Positions 52,880 to 64,000 of a stretch of 64,000 nucleotides of DNA are shown here, piece by piece. Every line of letters starts with the position of its first letter. The first letter of the stretch is position 1. A program made the translations under genes and the position numbers. A model generated the notes under the pieces. It was not told where the DNA came from and ran no database searches. It worked only from the letters and a program-made list of their open reading frames with translations. The DNA comes from Octopus sinensis. Its lineage: Eukaryota. The stretch is from assembly GCF_006345805.1 (NCBI RefSeq), contig NC_043000.1, positions 109,058,001 to 109,122,000 of the forward strand, in the 5' to 3' direction.

Positions 52880-53260
52880 ACTAGCACTATGACCCGGCGT
52901 TGCAGGGTCATAGTGCTAGTGCGTGCATATACAGCTGCGTGCGTGCACACATACACGTGAGTACAGTCCAAATCTCCGACCAATTACATACAGCTAGCTG
53001 GCATTCAATTGGCGTATCAAGTTTCGGGCATTTTGATTGGGTTTTGGATAGAAACTTCACAAAAAAGTCACCTCTTTTGATTTTTTAATGGCTTTGCAGG
53101 GTGACTGGGGAAATGTAATGATATGCACGACCTTCCTCGGACGGTTTTAAATGACCATAGAAAGTGCAAGCCCTCTAACTAAAAAATTGTGGATTTGTAT
53201 AAAGGACACACACACAGACAGACATTTTGCCGTTTATATATAGAGAGATTCAGACACAGA
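52880..53260. mobile_element. Possible non-autonomous Helitron/Helentron-type (DINE-like) element
   Basis: Begins ACTAGCA..CCCGGCGTTGC and ends ACACACAGACAGACATTTTGCCGTTTATATATAGAGAGAT; the class assignment is from recall only. Confidence 0.45.
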
Positions 53261-53374
53261 CCCAAACTAACGCAGATGCATCTCTCTATCTACATACATC
53301 TACCATTCTATATTTGTTTACTTGTTTCAGTCATTTGACTGCAGCCATGCTGGACCACTGCCTAAAAGGCACCC

Positions 53375-53438
<64 letters not shown>

Positions 53439-53520
53439 GTATGTATGACAGCTATCTTGTGTATGAGAAGACTCAGTCTTCTCATACACAAGATAGCTGT
53501 CATACATACATATATATATA

Positions 53521-53930
53521 TATGTATGACAGCTATCTTGTGTATGAGAAGACTGAGGTGGCTTGGGCATGTCAGGAGAAATGATGACCATCGAATCCCG
53601 AAGCAGCTGGTCTATGGAGAACTGGTCCAGGGCAAGAGACCAAGAGGAAGACCAAAACTGAGGTATAAGGACACTTGCAAAACTAGTTTGTCCAAGTGTG
53701 AGGTGGATGTCAGCACCTGGGAAGAGAGGCTGAGGAGAGAACAACATGGAGGACTGTGGTGAAGGAAGGAACTGCTTCGCTGGAGAGCAGCTACAGAAAC
53801 AAACAAGTTGAGAAGCGTCAGCAGCGAAAGGGAAACAGCAGAAATGCAGAGCACTGAGCCACCCTTTTGGTATGCAAGTAATGTGACAGAAGCTGTGCTT
53901 TAATCATATGAAGAATCAACCATGAAAGAA
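53521..53930 (+). mobile_element. 5'-truncated RTE (BovB-like) LINE 3' fragment
   Basis: RRLRWLGHVRRNDDHRIPKQLVYGELVQGKRPRGRPKLRYKDTCK. Confidence 0.9.
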
Positions 53931-54714
53931 ACTGCAAGAAAAGGAGCCCCTGAAATGTTCGATTAAGTGATTATATCTCTATATTATAATTCTGAAATGC
54001 GAAAAGTTTGTTTGTTTGTTTGTCTGGTTTTGGCATTGAGAACGGGTTAAAGACCCCTAGATCCCGTCTGATTGACTCCAAAATTTAAAGGGACATGTAA
54101 AATGAGGTGAGGATGTGAGTGGGCTAGACTTTGACAAGTCTACTCTCATTCTTTTATGTATCTGTCTTCCTCCATCACTCACTCTCTTCCCCCCTTCCTT
54201 TCACCTTCTATCTATAACATCGTTTCACTGCGTCTACATCCCTTCCTTTCACTTTCTCTCTATAACGTCGTTCGATAGCGTCTACATCCCTTCCTTTCAC
54301 CTTCTCTCTAGATATATAACGTTATAGAGAGAAAGTTAAAGGAATGGAGAAAGTAATAATGAGTGAATGAGAATAACGACGAAGGGTTTAAAAAGCATAA
54401 AAATATTTTCTTTCTCAACTTACGATCTTTTGTTGTTTATAAGTGGGAGATAGATAGATAGAGAAAGATAGAGAGTAAGAGAAAGCGAGGGAAAGTCTAA
54501 TATCTTTCCCCCGCCGCCTTCACCAGCGCTGTCACTCTCTCTCTCTTTAGTCTGTCTGCATTCATAGAGAGAATTATCATCGCCACAACCACCACACAAT
54601 CATGAGAACAAATATTATGAATCAGATATTTATTGAGTTAATTTATGTGTGTGTGTGTATGTTCTATATATAAATATGTATATATAATGTATATATACAA
54701 AGTGTATATATCTG

Positions 54715-54756
<42 letters not shown>

Positions 54757-54799
54757 GTATACATTTGTATATATAATGCGTACAGACACGCACGCACGA

Positions 54800-54832
<33 letters not shown>

Positions 54833-55489
54833 ACGTGTGCATTATGTGGTCGGTTGAGCTGAAAATATGCACACCTATGTTAAAAGTACTGGCGAGTTTG
54901 CATGGCAACTATTTTTTTCCTCAAATGAAAGGCGTGACCTCTAGGACAAAATTCACCATCTTATAAAATGTGGCCCGAGTAGACCCGAGTGAAATCGGGT
55001 TATATTAACCAAAATGTGAAAAGGGGTCTAAATGGGACTGGAAGGGTATTAAAATTTACAGGAGCGGGTGTTTAGGAATTCTCTGTTACATCAAGCTAAA
55101 AAATTTGCGCCAGCCTTTTAATCGTCAATGTGTTGCCGTCCATGATGAAGAAGTTTTGAATGCTTGCCATGGTGATTTTACTGTCGTGAGAAAGAATCAC
55201 TTCAAAACTTGGTGTTTAGGAATTTGCTTTTACATCAAGTTCAAAATTTTACGCCAGCCGTTAAACTGTCAATACGTTGCTGTCCGTCGTTAAGAAATGC
55301 CAGCCATGGTAACTCTACTATCCTCAGATTCTTTTCCTTCAAACTTTGGTTTCCAATATTTTATTATTTTTATTCAGCTCGCAAGTTCGTCTGAGTGATC
55401 TTTCAAAATATATTCTTTCTCAACTTACTCAAGATTTTTTGTTGTTTATAAATGGGAGAGAGATAGATAGAGAAACAAAGAGGGAGAAT

Positions 55490-55790
55490 CATCATCATCA
55501 TCATCCTCCTCATCATCATCATCGTTTAACGTCCGTTTTCCGTGCTAGCACGGGTTGGACGGTTTGACCGGGGTCTGGGAAGCCAGGAGGCTGCACCAGG
55601 CTCCAGTCTGATCTGGCAGTATTTCTACAGCTGGATGCCCTTCCTAACGCCAACCACTCCGTGAGTGTAGTGGGTGCTTTTTTCGTGCCACCGGCACAGC
55701 AGGTGCCAGTCAAGGTGGTGCTGCTATCGGCCACGTTCGGATGGTGTTTTTTACGTGCCGAAAGGAAGCAACAGAAAGTAACAACCACAC
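55490..55790 (-). mobile_element. SINE or retroposon with (GAT)n tail, possibly RTE-associated
   Basis: Plus strand contains GGATGCCCTTCCTAACGCCAACC; minus strand ends …GGACGTTAAACGATGATGATG. Confidence 0.6.
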
Positions 55791-55826
55791 TCTTACCCGC
55801 GCGTAGAGCGGGTCACCTTAAGCTAG

Positions 55827-55888
<62 letters not shown>

Positions 55889-56739
55889 ATATATAATCAG
55901 TTTTCTATAAGTCAGAAAGAAAAGTCTGAAATAGAGCGATTACAATTTTATATCGTTGGTCAGTATTTTACTGGTTATGTTTTGTAACTAGTCAAAATGT
56001 TGCTGATGGCTTTATGCTTAATATATTACCTTGAAGGTGCTGCTACAGCGTGGTCGCAGTTGATTGACCGGAACGAGTATGGGCTAACAGATAAAAGTTA
56101 TTTAAAATGATTAACTTAGATAACAGTCAAGATTTCAGTGCAGTAAGTCTAACAGAAAACAAAAAGGCTTTTCCGTTATATAAAAATAGAAGACTGCAAC
56201 AAAAGTCATTAAAAAAATACATCATAAAAAAGACAGAAAGTAGAGACAAAAACAAGGCGTAAATTATATGATAGCATTTCCGGAAGATATTGATCGAACG
56301 ATAAATATAGACAGCAGTCCGGATATAAAAAAAATGTTCGATTGGCAATTGTATGGTTAGAAAAATATATCAATAGTTCGACGAGTATGAGACATTTCTT
56401 AAACAATATATTCACAGAACTTGTTATTCTACCTTGAACTTTTTCTCGGTGGATCTGGCAAAGCGTCAAATTACGTAATTTATATAAAGCAAAATCGCTT
56501 CACCTACATATGAGAAAAAGCTCTTTAATTTGTTAGAACACACGCACAATCCAGATCAAATTATGACCCCAGGCTCTGTTCCAACTCCTTTTCTTGATCG
56601 CACCTCAGCTGCTGCACCTCTTCCTCTCTTCCGACCCCCTTTTTGATCGCTAGGTCACATAAGACCGGTTAGCCAATCTCCATGGTGAATAAATGACCGG
56701 GATCACATTCCCCTTGAACTGGACACCAGTTCCTTATAG

Positions 56740-56945
56740 GTTTCAAGGCCGGCAATTTTGAGGGGAGTGGGGTGAATTGGTTTAATTGATTCCAGTACTT
56801 GGCTGTTACTTCATTTTTTTTCAAAGATGAAGTGATGAAAAATGAAGTTGATCTCGGCGGGACTTGAACTCAGAACGTAAAGAGATGGAAAAAATACCGC
56901 CAAGTATTTTATCCGACGCGCTAACAATTCTTCTGGTTTGCCGCC
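56740..56945 (-). mobile_element. Degenerate SINE family C (alternative tail)
   Basis: CTCGGCGGGACTTGAACTCAGAACGTAAAG…; tail like that at 63311-63360. Confidence 0.65.
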
Positions 56946-57237
56946 GTCACTTCCATTTACAACTGACAGATTACCAAAACAGAAAACAAATGCAGAGATC
57001 AAACTATTCTTCGAAGCATTCGTTAATTTTAAAAATAAGAAGTTTATAAACATAAACGAAACGGTAGCGCATCGGAGGCCGATTTCTGCCGATAGAAAAT
57101 TATTGAAAACACATGCTTTATGTGACACAAATGGATTGTCGAACACGGGGTTCGGCATAGTTCTTACCTCTTCAGTTGTAGAAACCACCCGATCCTTACA
57201 CACACCAACACACACACACACACACATACACACACAC

Positions 57238-57299
<62 letters not shown>

Positions 57300-57304
<5 letters not shown>

Positions 57305-57490
57305 ATAGTGAGAATTTACAAAAAAGACGAAGACGGATGTGTAAACAACAAACAGATGTATTAATTTAACGCTCGTGAAGTGAGAAAGTCTTTACGTTTC
57401 GAGCCTACGCTCTTCAACAGAAGGAACACAGAAATAAACAGGGAGAGAAAATATAAAATGTTTAGTGGCTAGCGATCTATCATGGCGAAT
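57300..57490 (-). mobile_element. PLE pseudo-LTR-like fragment related to 7335-7560
   Basis: Shares ACGTTTCGAGCCTACGCTCTTCAACAGAA… with the 3' end of the 7.3-11.4 kb element. Confidence 0.7.
57390..57423 (-). ncRNA. Minimal type I hammerhead-like motif with core CUGUUGA
   Basis: CTT-CTGTTGA-A-GAGC(GTAG)GCTC-GAAACGT-A-AAG. Confidence 0.55.
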
Positions 57491-59990
57491 ATATATGTAT
57501 ATATATATCAACGATAATTTATTAAAAAAAGGGGTCAAATTTTCAAGCGTAAACACAGACACCCACTGTCTATGGGTGCGTGTAGTTATAGTGGGGAGAA
57601 ACAATACGTTGACAGAGACAGTGGCTGAGAGCGAAAAGCGAAAAAGAAGAGAGATAATGGGAGAAAGACAGCTAGAGAGATAAAGACGCAGTTTGTTTTG
57701 TATGTAGTTATCTCTATATTTACCCACTTAAACAATCGCAATGTATTTCAAGAGTTTCTCGCTCACGTGTTTTCTTCTCTTCAACGCCCTTGGTATATAT
57801 TTATCATTGGAAAAATGAGATAATAAATATCAGAAATTATATTCTCATTCCTACTAATACAACGACGGTAATTAGATCTTTATGCAATAAATATGCACCG
57901 TCTATCCGCCTTCAGCTCGTTAAACAACAATAACTCTTCAGATTTAGACTTACATGTACGCATTGCGTAGAATCGACAAATGAGTTGTTTGGATGCTGAT
58001 CTGCTAAAAAATGTCGACGTTTCGTGAAGTCCATTCTTAACCAAAGCTTTTGTCCGTTCAACTGAATAAAAATACATGTTTCATTCTTTTTTTCTTTAAC
58101 TTTTCCTTTACATGATAACATTAATTTGACTCAATATAACCTTTCTCACCAATCTCTCAATTCCTTATCCATTCACGTCTGTAAAGAAATGAAAGGAAAA
58201 AATTATAATTCCATAAATTTCCTCCACACTAATTATTTCCAGAGTTAAGATTAAATGGTTCATTTTATAAATAGCTCAATTAATAAATTACGGGTTATAT
58301 CATTCTGACAATTTCTGAAAAGAATGAAAAAGTAGAGTACTACAGGCAAGAAATTTCAAGAACTTGGTATAGAATAAACATCAAAAACGAAAGAAAAATT
58401 CAATATGTGAATGTTAATGCATCTTTTTCCTTATAATTCCTTAATCTCAAATTTAAACTTCCTATCGCACAAAACATTATAAAGAAATGATAATACCCGC
58501 AACAAGTAGGGTAACCACACGTGTATATCAACTTTAACTGTCATAAGATTCGGTCAGCAGAGTTTATTTCGTTGCTGTAAATACTTATATAAAATCTTTT
58601 AAAGGAGAAAGCACGAGGTCTAGAGTTTAAGGCGTTGGAGTCACGAACACAATGTCGGGCTTTTTATTCTTGACATGGATGGAGCATGATATCCTGTCGA
58701 AAGGCTCTTCATTTCGCATTGCTCCAGACTACAATGTTAGAATTTATTACGATGCATGAATTCATCTGACAAGCTTCCACAGTTTCCCCTACTTGACTCT
58801 GCTCTCGAGATTTGAGCCGATTCGAGATTATTTTAACAACATTTGACCACACACACCGCATGAGCTGGGCCAATTGTTGTTTACAATAACCTGTCATAAT
58901 CTAGGGCCCTGTGATCGTGAAACGAAATGGTTAGCCATTCGGCCATTATGTACCTGTAAACAATTTCAACTTAGTAGCCTGGAGTAACGTGATATGAAGT
59001 GCCTTACTCAAGAACACCACTCTCCGACACGTTCAAGAATAGAACCCCAGACTTTGTGATTCTGATCCCAGCACCCTAAACTCTAGGTCACGTGCTTTCA
59101 CCATTAATTAATTCAATTCAAATATTAACATACAACAACGAAATAATCCCTCTTGAGACAAGATGGAGCCTTACAACAACAACATACAAAACAGAATCAT
59201 GAAGCATCGTTGTAAAAGATTTACATCGAATTTCTGCTGAAGCAGGATTTAATCTAGTCTATCTGTCTCTCTCTTTCTCTCTGTGTTTCTCTCCCAGTCT
59301 CTGTCTCTGTTTGTCTGCCTGTCTCTTTCACTTTCTCCCTCTTTTCTCTCTCTTTCCTTTCTTTCTTTGCATTGTTTTATTTGTTGTTTCCAGAAACCTC
59401 CAGAATATTTTGGAAATATTAGTGAGTAAATTACTGCTCAAACTTAACTTAGAAGATAAATAAACTTTCTGATACAATACTTACGTCCATGTTTATATAA
59501 ACGGGATTATATCAAGTACACACATATGTGCACTCTGTGTACGCACTTACACACACACGCACACACACACTAGCACATTAACATATACACACACTTGTGC
59601 ACCCCCAAAATACTAAAAGATATAAATAGACACACACTGACATTTATGAATAGAGATAAGCACAAGCATACATAATTCGAAACATATTTATACATACACA
59701 TACGCATATACACATACTCAGATATTAATACACACACACATACACACATATATATAAATATATTACGGCGTATACGTGTGTGAATATATAATTTTATATA
59801 TTTCACTTTTCGTATATACACATATGCACACATGTATCTATGTATATGTGTGATGGTGCGCGTGCACTGTTTTGTGCTTATTTGTTGAAAACGATACATA
59901 CATATACACATACATACATACATACATACATACATACATACATACATACATACGTACATACATACATACATATATACATACATACATACA

Positions 59991-60024
<34 letters not shown>

Positions 60025-60359
60025 CATACATAGATACATACATACATATATACATACATATATACATGCATACATACATACATACATACATACATACATA
60101 CATACTACATACATACATACATACATACATACATACATACATACCCTGTTAAAGTTGTTGAATTCCAATGAAGGAGCCTTGGATCTAGGTTAGAAACCGG
60201 TTCTTTCTCTATTGGCAAGACATTTTGAATTAAACTGAATAATGACATATATACATGGGTATATTCAGACTTTATATGCACAATATTAACACACATAAAA
60301 TGACCAACACACACACACATAAAATATAGGGAGCCACGCCATTCTCTTCTTCTAATTTT

Positions 60360-60790
60360 ATTGTTGTTGTTGTAGTTATAGAAACAAAGCTCAAGTTTGG
60401 TTTAATTGGTGATAGGATTGATGTGGGTTGGGTTACATGTTGCTGCATGTAACCTTAGGTATCAACACATCTTCGGCGGTCTTTCAAGTGCTTAGAACCC
60501 TCCTCATTATCCTTGCTGCCCCCTAAGATGCAAACTTTGTTTAGCAAGCTCTATAGGGCACCATGAAGCCTCTTTATTTGTCTCACTTCTCAGTTTATAT
60601 CTTTTTCCCAATTTATTCTTTTTCTTTTGCGATTTTGACTGAGATTTTGGTTCGATCTGCCGGAGCTTGGTCACATACTCCGTGCCTGCTGCGAGCAACT
60701 CTTTCCCTGATAACAGTTCTAGTCCCCTTAGCGCAGTTGTGGTTATTATCTAATTTTGACATCACTCATTTAGAGGTAGCGCAATCGCTA
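60360..60790 (-). mobile_element. R4/Dong-like 3' fragment
   Basis: Frameshifted LLNKVCILG/AARIMRRVLST* matches the R4 terminal L.K..LLG.ARI.R.VL motif; flanked by trinucleotide repeats. Confidence 0.65.
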
Positions 60791-60808
60791 TTATTATTAT
60801 TATTATTA

Positions 60809-61036
60809 TTGGGCTGGTGCATAATTAATTATTGCGACTTTTTTTAATCAACAAAATTTATTCAACAAAAACATCTTTAAATGACGGTCTGACCATCTGC
60901 TAAACAAATGGGAAACAGTAATTGAAGTAGATGGTGAATATGCTCCGGAATAATCATTTAAAGATGTTTTTGTTACATGTTATTTTTTTTGTTGAATAAA
61001 ATTTGAAAAAAATGCCGCAATAATTATGCACCAACC

Positions 61037-61039
<3 letters not shown>
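60809..61039 (+). mobile_element. Mariner-derived MITE inside (TAT)n
   Basis: TIRs TTGGGCTGGTGCATAATT…ATTGCG / CGCAATAATTATGCACCAACCCA; the spacer encodes LNKWETVIEVDGEY-like transposase C-terminus. Confidence 0.8.
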
Positions 61040-61086
<47 letters not shown>

Positions 61087-61112
61087 TATTATTATTATTA
61101 TTATTATTATTA

Positions 61113-61150
<38 letters not shown>

Positions 61151-62408
61151 TATTATTATAATAATAATAATAATAATTATTATTATTATTATAATAATAA
61201 TAATAATTATTATCATTATTATTGTTGTTGTTGTTGTTGGACTAGATCTCTCTCTATCTATCTATTTATATATTTATCTACCTATACACACATACATAAA
61301 TACACACCAGCATGCACGCGCGCACACACTCACATACGTAGTTATACAAATTTCTTTAAAAAACATAAAAGCAAACGCAGACACACGCACACACACGCAA
61401 CACACACACATGCACACGCACATACACACAAACTCACACATAAACACACACATACACACACGCACTCACGCACACACGTACACCCACATATACAATGGGT
61501 TTCTTCTCAGTTTCCTTCTAGCAAATTCTCGAACATGACATTGGTCAGCCCAGAGCTATAAAACTCTTGCCCCTAATGTGGGACTGAACCCTGGTCAGAT
61601 TTAAGGGATGAGAATTGAGAATGATGTGATTGGTGTGAGAAATGGAACGTGGTATCAGAAATTGTTTATGTGAAAGATTGTTGGAGGAAATGGTGCCAAT
61701 GCGTGAGTTAAATAATTGGCTGATTTTTTTCCTCAAAGATTATGCGTTCAGAACAAGCTCTTTCAATTATATAAAAGAGAGAAAGACAGCAAACGACGGG
61801 CGGACATTCTCACAGACAATGGAGAAATATATTTTAACAAGCTTTATCATTAGAAGTAATGTTATGTGCATTGGAAGTGCTTACCTTTGTAATATAGATA
61901 CGTTTTTAATAACAAGTCTAAGGATAATATATGCATGTGTGCGGGCGTGTATATATGTGTGGGTGCGCGCGTGTGTGTAGGTATACATAGATATATTTAT
62001 ATGTATGTATGTAAGTATACACACACACGCAATACACAGGCACATATATATATATTATATATAGCGTGTGGTGTTTGCAGGAAGGTATTCTAGCATGATC
62101 ACCAAGCAGTGATTAAAAGTACATCAGTGTGTTTATCTTTCACGTACGAAGGCCTAAAGTAATTTCGGCTCATTAATATCGACTTTGTTTTATATACACG
62201 AGCATTATGGCGTGTGTGTATATATTACCTATACATGCTTATATACATTTACGTAAATATACGTAAATATTCATTCAGCGACCCCTCACACTCTTACAGA
62301 CAACTTAACTGTCACCCTCTCACTCTCTCTCTCACTCTCTCTTTCTCCACACATATACGAGAAGCCTGTTCACGCAGGTATACACACATGCACACACACA
62401 AACAAACA

Positions 62409-62492
<84 letters not shown>

Positions 62493-62493
<1 letters not shown>

Positions 62494-63143
62494 TACACAC
62501 GCACGTACATAAAAATGTTCATATCTTATATCTTCTCCTGATACTGTGTCGGCTGAGATCTCCGTTGACAAGACGCTGATAGTAAATACTCAATAATATT
62601 GCAAGTTAGTCGCCTCGGTTACCTAAAGCTATTGGATTTGTTTTGTGTATGGAACGCACTGGCTGTTTGTTTTTCTGGATTCACCAGAGTGATGTAGGCA
62701 ACACTGAAGAGAGATTAATAAGGCTCGAAAATCGATTTACGCTTTTCATCTTTCTATTTTAGTCAATGGAGAAATTGTTAAATTTGCTATGTTTGTATGT
62801 CCACTACGTATATATATATATATATATATTACACACGCACGTACATAAAAATGTTCATATCTTATATCTTCTCCTGATACTGTGTCGGCTGAGATCTCCG
62901 TTGACAGACGCTGATAGTAAATACTCAATAATATTGCAAGTTAGTCGCCTCGGTTACCTAAAGCTATTGGATTTGTTTTGTGTATGGAACGCACTGGCTG
63001 TTTGTTTTTCTGGATTCACCAGAGTGATGTAGGCAACACTGAAGAGAGATTAATAAGGCTCGAAAATCGATTTACGCTTTTCATCTTTCTATTTTAGTCA
63101 ATGGAGAAATTGTTAAATTTGCTATGTTTGTATGTCCACTACG
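62493..63143. repeat. Near-identical tandem duplication (period 336 bp), units separated by (TA)n
   Basis: Units 62493-62808 and 62829-63143; one 1-bp indel seen. Confidence 0.95.
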
Positions 63144-63310
63144 TATATATATATATATATATACGTAGTGGACATACAAACATTAACTCATTTAATATCA
63201 AACTCATTTAATATCAAATCAGTGTCGAATCAGTGATGGCAAATTGATGGCGCTAGAACGGCTGGGCCAAACATCTCAGACCCATTTTAGAGGTCTCTAT
63301 TGATAGAAGT

Positions 63311-63711
63311 ATACTTTTCTACTCTAGGCACAAGGCCCGAATTTTAGGGGGAGGGAACAAGTCGATTAGATCGACTCCAGTACGCAACTCGTACGTAATT
63401 TATCGATCCCGAAAGGATGAAAGGCAAAGTCGACCTCGGCGGAATTTGAACTCAGAACGTAAAGACAGACGAAATACCTATTTCTTTACTAACCACAAGG
63501 GGCTAAACACAGAGAGAACAAGCAAGGACAGACAAACGGATTAAGTCGATTATATCGACCCCAGTGCATAACTGGTACTTAATTTATCGAACCCGAAAGG
63601 ATGAAAAGCAAAGTCGACCTCGGCGGAATTTGAACTCAGAACATAAAGACAGACGAAATACTGCTAAGCATTTCGCCTGGCGTGCTAGCGTTTCTACCGG
63701 CTCGCCGCCTT
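63311..63711 (-). mobile_element. SINE family C tandem dimer
   Basis: Junction GAAATACCTATTTC at 63471-63484, the reverse complement of the 41396 junction. Confidence 0.88.
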
Positions 63712-63799
63712 GTATTAGTAGAAGCATTGCGGATGAGATCTGAAATATCCTGGTTTTGTGAAGTGCGTTGTCTTTTATTTAGAAGTGTGCTTATGTCTT

Positions 63800-63935
63800 A
63801 GTGATTAGGACGACGATGCACTCGCGACCACAAGATTGAGATTTCGATTCCCGCACCGGGTGGTTCGTCTTGTTCTTGAACAAAACACTTCATTTCACAT
63901 TGCTCCAGTCCACTCAGCTGTAAATGTGTAACCAT
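63800..63935 (+). mobile_element. Degenerate tRNA-derived SINE (different family)
   Basis: B box TTTCGATTCC followed by TTCTTGAACAAAACACTT…CATTGCTCCAGTCCACTCAGCTGTAAATG. Confidence 0.55.
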
Positions 63936-64000
63936 CCTGTTCCAGACAGCCTTCCCGTTCCGTAAATGTGATCGCGCTCCGTTTTTCGCCATGGAATCCC

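Noticed and set aside
57140-57180. Minus-strand CTGAAGA-GGTA…TGCC-GAAC hammerhead-like core
   Set aside because: GAAA is mutated and no stem I or stem III could be built.

Overview
AT-rich, microsatellite-saturated eukaryotic DNA with one 100-N gap (3986-4085). The SINE families and overall repeat make-up suggest an octopus or other cephalopod genome; this is inference from recall, not a database hit. I could not support any host protein-coding gene, rRNA, tRNA or CRISPR array. Most long ORFs in the track are translations of (TA)n, (CA)n, (CATA)n or (CACT)n repeats. Recognisable content is transposon debris: a near-full-length but frameshifted Penelope-like element (PLE; RT + GIY-YIG, minus strand, ~7.3-11.4 kb), several other PLE fragments, R4/Dong-like RLE retrotransposons, a CR1-like LINE, RTE fragments, Tc1/mariner relics and many tRNA-derived SINEs. 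The main discovery is a set of type I hammerhead ribozyme (HHR) motifs found by eye. Three look structurally complete (15135-15177 +, 27454-27546 +, 34852-34933 -) and about eight more are variant or degenerate. Several lie in head-to-head inverted-repeat units, and two complete copies show covarying stems. Also notable: a six-fold GACGTCA-N12-CCAAT array with invariant spacing, and many inverted duplications at retroelement junctions.
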